Shown: piece by piece, positions 14,733 through 17,396 of the stretch | Numbering within the stretch: position 1 is the stretch's first letter | How the letters are laid out: every line of letters starts with the position of its first letter | Assembly: GCA_964640425.1 (NCBI GenBank) | Contig: CAZXFC010000023.1 | Location: forward strand, 1-17,396 | DNA from: an uncultured Candidatus Saccharibacteria bacterium | GTDB lineage: Bacteria; Patescibacteriota; Minisyncoccia; UBA11713; 2-01-FULL-45-33 | Reading direction: 5' to 3' | DNA: 17,396 nt | Made by a program: the position numbers and the translations under genes | Notes under the pieces: generated by a model | What the model was told of the DNA's origin: nothing | What the model saw: only the letters and a program-made list of their open reading frames with translations | The model's database searches: none

Positions 14733-16901
14733 ATGATCACGTATTTAGTAGTTTTTCTGGCGATAATATTGTTTTTGACAGTTGTTCTGGCGCTTCTAGC
14801 ATGGCCGCAATTATATATGAATCTTATTCATATTATCGGGCCTACGCAAATGGGCGTGGTCAGGAAGACGATTTCCGGTCCCATTTCTTTTTCTATTTCG
14901 TCTTTATTTTCAAGTTTAGACAAAGGAGCCTCGGGCGTACTGCAAGAGCACGGTGAAGCCGGCTATCAAATAGACTATCTGCCGACCGGCTGGTATATTA
15001 AACCATGGCCTTTCTACATTGTAGAGAAGCATCGGTGGCCGCAGATTCCCGCAGACGGTAAGGGAATTGTGCATGCGCAAATCGGGCTCCATTTGGACCA
15101 GGGTGCTAAGTCCGCGGTTTACAAAGAGGAATTCGGAAAATTCCAGGATGTCCGCGCTTTTTTACGGAACGGCGGACAGCAGGGACCGCAGCGCTTATTA
15201 CTAGGTCCGGGTGAAACTTTGCCGATACATCCAGTCGCATTTCTCGTTATAACGCATGAACGGGTATTCGGAATTCCGTTGGCTCCGTACCTTCGCACAA
15301 AACAGCTGAAAGGTACTTTAACGTACCGCGATTTCGGTTACAAAGAAGAAGAAATGAAGCTTCTCTCCATCCAGCCCCTGCCGAGTACGGCGAAAAGTCC
15401 GCCGGTCGACCGGATAGGCGTAGTTGTTATTGATGACGGGCCAACGCTTGCTTCAGGCATGATGGCCTGCCGGATAGATGATACTCCCGGTGAAGGCGGA
15501 GACGAAAGCCACGAAGGTTTTGATGATATTAGGAAAATGGAAAGTGAGTGGGTGAGTACCGATGACCTGCCGCTGGTCCGTGAATTTAATAAAAAATTGC
15601 TGTCGACAATTTTGCGGAACAAGAATAATCTCCACAACAGCTACCAGGCGCTCCAGACTTTTTTTGATAAAAAGGGGCGCATGGGATTGCAGCATGACAC
15701 ACTACCTCATGGTTTGTATAATCTGCACCCTCTGGTGAATGTGCACCTCGAACCGATGTTCGAAGTTCCGGCGGGTAATGTGGGTGTTGTGAAAGCGAAT
15801 ATCGGCCTTCCGCAGGAAGATATTTCAGATGATATGAGAAGGCTCCTGCATTTCGAAAAGCTATCGCGTGCGGAAAGTACGGCATCTGCAGCCGGCGGAA
15901 AATACCGCTCAACCGCTCTTGTTCGGCCTGGGCATGTTGGAATTTGGGTAGAACCTTTAGGACCGGCAAAATATTCGCTCAACCCGCATACATACAGTCT
16001 CGAAAACATAGTCACGGAAGTTATGACTCTTGACTGGGGCAAAGCCGTTTCAACGGCTCATACATTGGACAAAGATCTTTCCGCCATTGAAGCTATCACA
16101 AAAGACAGGTTGAGCTTCAAGATAGACGTACAACTAATACTGAGGATAACACCGGAAGCAGCTCCTTTCATCGTCGCAGACTTCGGGAACATAAAAAATA
16201 TGGTTGTGAATGTTATTACGACGCTTATCGGCAATATTTTCCGCGGCGTGCTATTGAAATACACCGCCGACGAGTTTATGGATAATCTTTTGGATGTACA
16301 GAAAGAATCTCTCGATGAAGTCCGCGGAGCTCTGGAGAAATATGGAATAACGGTCATTGATCTTTGCGTAATGAACCGCCAGGCGCCTCCTGAAATAGAA
16401 AAGCTATGGCTGGACAAAGCAAAGGCCGTTGAGAATCAAAACGTATTTGCGGCTCAGGAAATTTCCGAGACCGCACGCATTTTAACGGAAAAAGCAAGAG
16501 CTTTGGCGAACGGACAAAAAGTTTTAGCGGACGCGGAGCTCCGGCAAGCTGCAGCAGCATTCATAGTTGAGGCAATGAAGAAAGAAGCGGAAGGCGAAAA
16601 TGCCTTGCTCGACATTCGTGAAAAGTCATTGGGCAAGCCGCTTGCCGCGTTGCTGGTCGGCGTTGATCAGGCAGGAAAGTTCAATCAAAAGCTTTTGCCG
16701 GAAGTCCTTGTTATGGGCGGAGAGAATAGCGGAGTCATGGGGCTCCTCGGCAGTATCAGGGAACTTTTGAAAAAATATGACGAAAATACGAAACCCCTGA
16801 AAGAAGAGCCGAGAAAAGAATACAACAAAAACAACAAGGATGCGGCTACAAAAACCGGCATAGACCTTGACGACATAGCAAAGCTGTTTGGTGCAAAATG
16901 A
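14733..16901 (+). CDS. Membrane-anchored SPFH (band 7)/flotillin-like protein, 722 aa, with a long insert-rich N-terminal half
   Basis: N-terminal TM helix (LVVFLAIILFLTVVLALLAW). The C-terminal half resembles SPFH/flotillin (LEKYGITVIDLCVMN..PPEIEK...AQEISETARILTEKARALANGQKVLADAELRQAAA, an Ala/Glu-rich flotillin-like tail). Assignment rests on pattern similarity only. Confidence 0.5.
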   Translation: MITYLVVFLAIILFLTVVLALLAWPQLYMNLIHIIGPTQMGVVRKTISGPISFSISSLFSSLDKGASGVLQEHGEAGYQIDYLPTGWYIKPWPFYIVEKHRWPQIPADGKGIVHAQIGLHLDQGAKSAVYKEEFGKFQDVRAFLRNGGQQGPQRLLLGPGETLPIHPVAFLVITHERVFGIPLAPYLRTKQLKGTLTYRDFGYKEEEMKLLSIQPLPSTAKSPPVDRIGVVVIDDGPTLASGMMACRIDDTPGEGGDESHEGFDDIRKMESEWVSTDDLPLVREFNKKLLSTILRNKNNLHNSYQALQTFFDKKGRMGLQHDTLPHGLYNLHPLVNVHLEPMFEVPAGNVGVVKANIGLPQEDISDDMRRLLHFEKLSRAESTASAAGGKYRSTALVRPGHVGIWVEPLGPAKYSLNPHTYSLENIVTEVMTLDWGKAVSTAHTLDKDLSAIEAITKDRLSFKIDVQLILRITPEAAPFIVADFGNIKNMVVNVITTLIGNIFRGVLLKYTADEFMDNLLDVQKESLDEVRGALEKYGITVIDLCVMNRQAPPEIEKLWLDKAKAVENQNVFAAQEISETARILTEKARALANGQKVLADAELRQAAAAFIVEAMKKEAEGENALLDIREKSLGKPLAALLVGVDQAGKFNQKLLPEVLVMGGENSGVMGLLGSIRELLKKYDENTKPLKEEPRKEYNKNNKDAATKTGIDLDDIAKLFGAK

Positions 16902-17396
16902 CTTCAGACAAGTCAAGAGAGGGCTGCATAGTATGCGGCATTGTTGCAGGCCGCGTTCCGTCAAAAAAGGTTTATGAAGATGAATTAGTCATGGCTGTGC
17001 TTGATGTTAATGGCTCCAACCCGGGCCACTGCTTTGTCATTCCCAAAAACCATTACCCAATCATAGAGCAGGTGCCTGACCATGAGATAGGAAAATTATT
17101 CCAGATATCAAACAAAATTTCTACGGCAATTTTTGAGTCTCTTGGGGCCCAGGGAACAAACATTTTTGTTGCAAACGGTATTCCTGCAGGACAGACAGTT
17201 GCTCATTTCACGATAAACGTGATTCCGAGAAAAGAGAATGACGGCATAAATCTCCAGTGGCAGCCAAAGCAATTGGATGAAGAGGAGATGTCAACTGTGG
17301 AGATTAAATTAAAAGAACAGTCAAAGAACATAGGCAATTTTGATAGGGAAAAGAAAGCTGCGAAAATCTCTGTTGCAAAGCCTGTTGAGATCTCCG
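16898..17396 (+). CDS. HIT-superfamily protein (partial, continues beyond the window) with a degenerate histidine triad
   Basis: CIVCGI (CxxC) at the N-terminus, HCFVIPKNH, and NGIPAGQTVAHFTINVIP where canonical Hint has GGQSVYHVHLHV (H-x-H-x-H becomes H-F-T-I-N). ATGA start/stop overlap with the upstream gene. Confidence 0.65.
   Translation, partial: MTSDKSREGCIVCGIVAGRVPSKKVYEDELVMAVLDVNGSNPGHCFVIPKNHYPIIEQVPDHEIGKLFQISNKISTAIFESLGAQGTNIFVANGIPAGQTVAHFTINVIPRKENDGINLQWQPKQLDEEEMSTVEIKLKEQSKNIGNFDREKKAAKISVAKPVEIS

Noticed and set aside
15338-16964. Minus-strand ORFs of 60-127 aa inside the SPFH/flotillin-like gene
   Set aside because: Antisense or alternative-frame artefacts with no start signals.
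1-17396. CRISPR arrays, rRNA or tRNA genes
   Set aside because: No regularly spaced short direct repeats and no cloverleaf-like candidates were seen in the intergenic regions inspected (3258-3404, 5868-5952, 7638-7800, 8566-8633, 11836-12057, 14567-14732). None is claimed.

Overview
The window reads as a gene-dense bacterial chromosome segment that uses the standard genetic code (TGA is a stop). The compact genes suggest a small-genome, possibly CPR/Patescibacteria-like organism, but that placement is inference only. Conserved housekeeping genes are dnaE (minus strand, 1084 aa), rnhB, rpmF, a nusB ORF carrying a C-terminal Nudix domain, rnc, and a short 727-aa, apparently hinge-less smc. Accessory-looking content sits between them. 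(1) Two divergent IS200/IS605-like units of about 705 bp each flank a monofunctional proline dehydrogenase gene in inverted orientation. Each unit encodes only a long (about 212-223 aa) Y1/HuH tyrosine transposase of the RAYT-like family, and each carries its own hairpin repeat three times: upstream of tnpA, inside the tnpA reading frame, and at the 3' end. (2) A low-GC methyltransferase gene is bracketed by a perfect 28-bp direct repeat, and the downstream copy continues as a diverged ghost of the last 17 codons of rnhB. (3) Three Nudix-domain proteins lie around rnc: the NusB-Nudix fusion, plus a translationally coupled two-gene Nudix operon on the opposite strand. (4) A 722-aa membrane-anchored SPFH/flotillin-like protein and a HIT-fold protein with a degenerate histidine triad. 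I recognised no rRNA, tRNA or CRISPR array. Several intrinsic terminators and two sigma70-like promoters are annotated. All calls rest on motif recognition by eye and the supplied ORF track; no searches were run.
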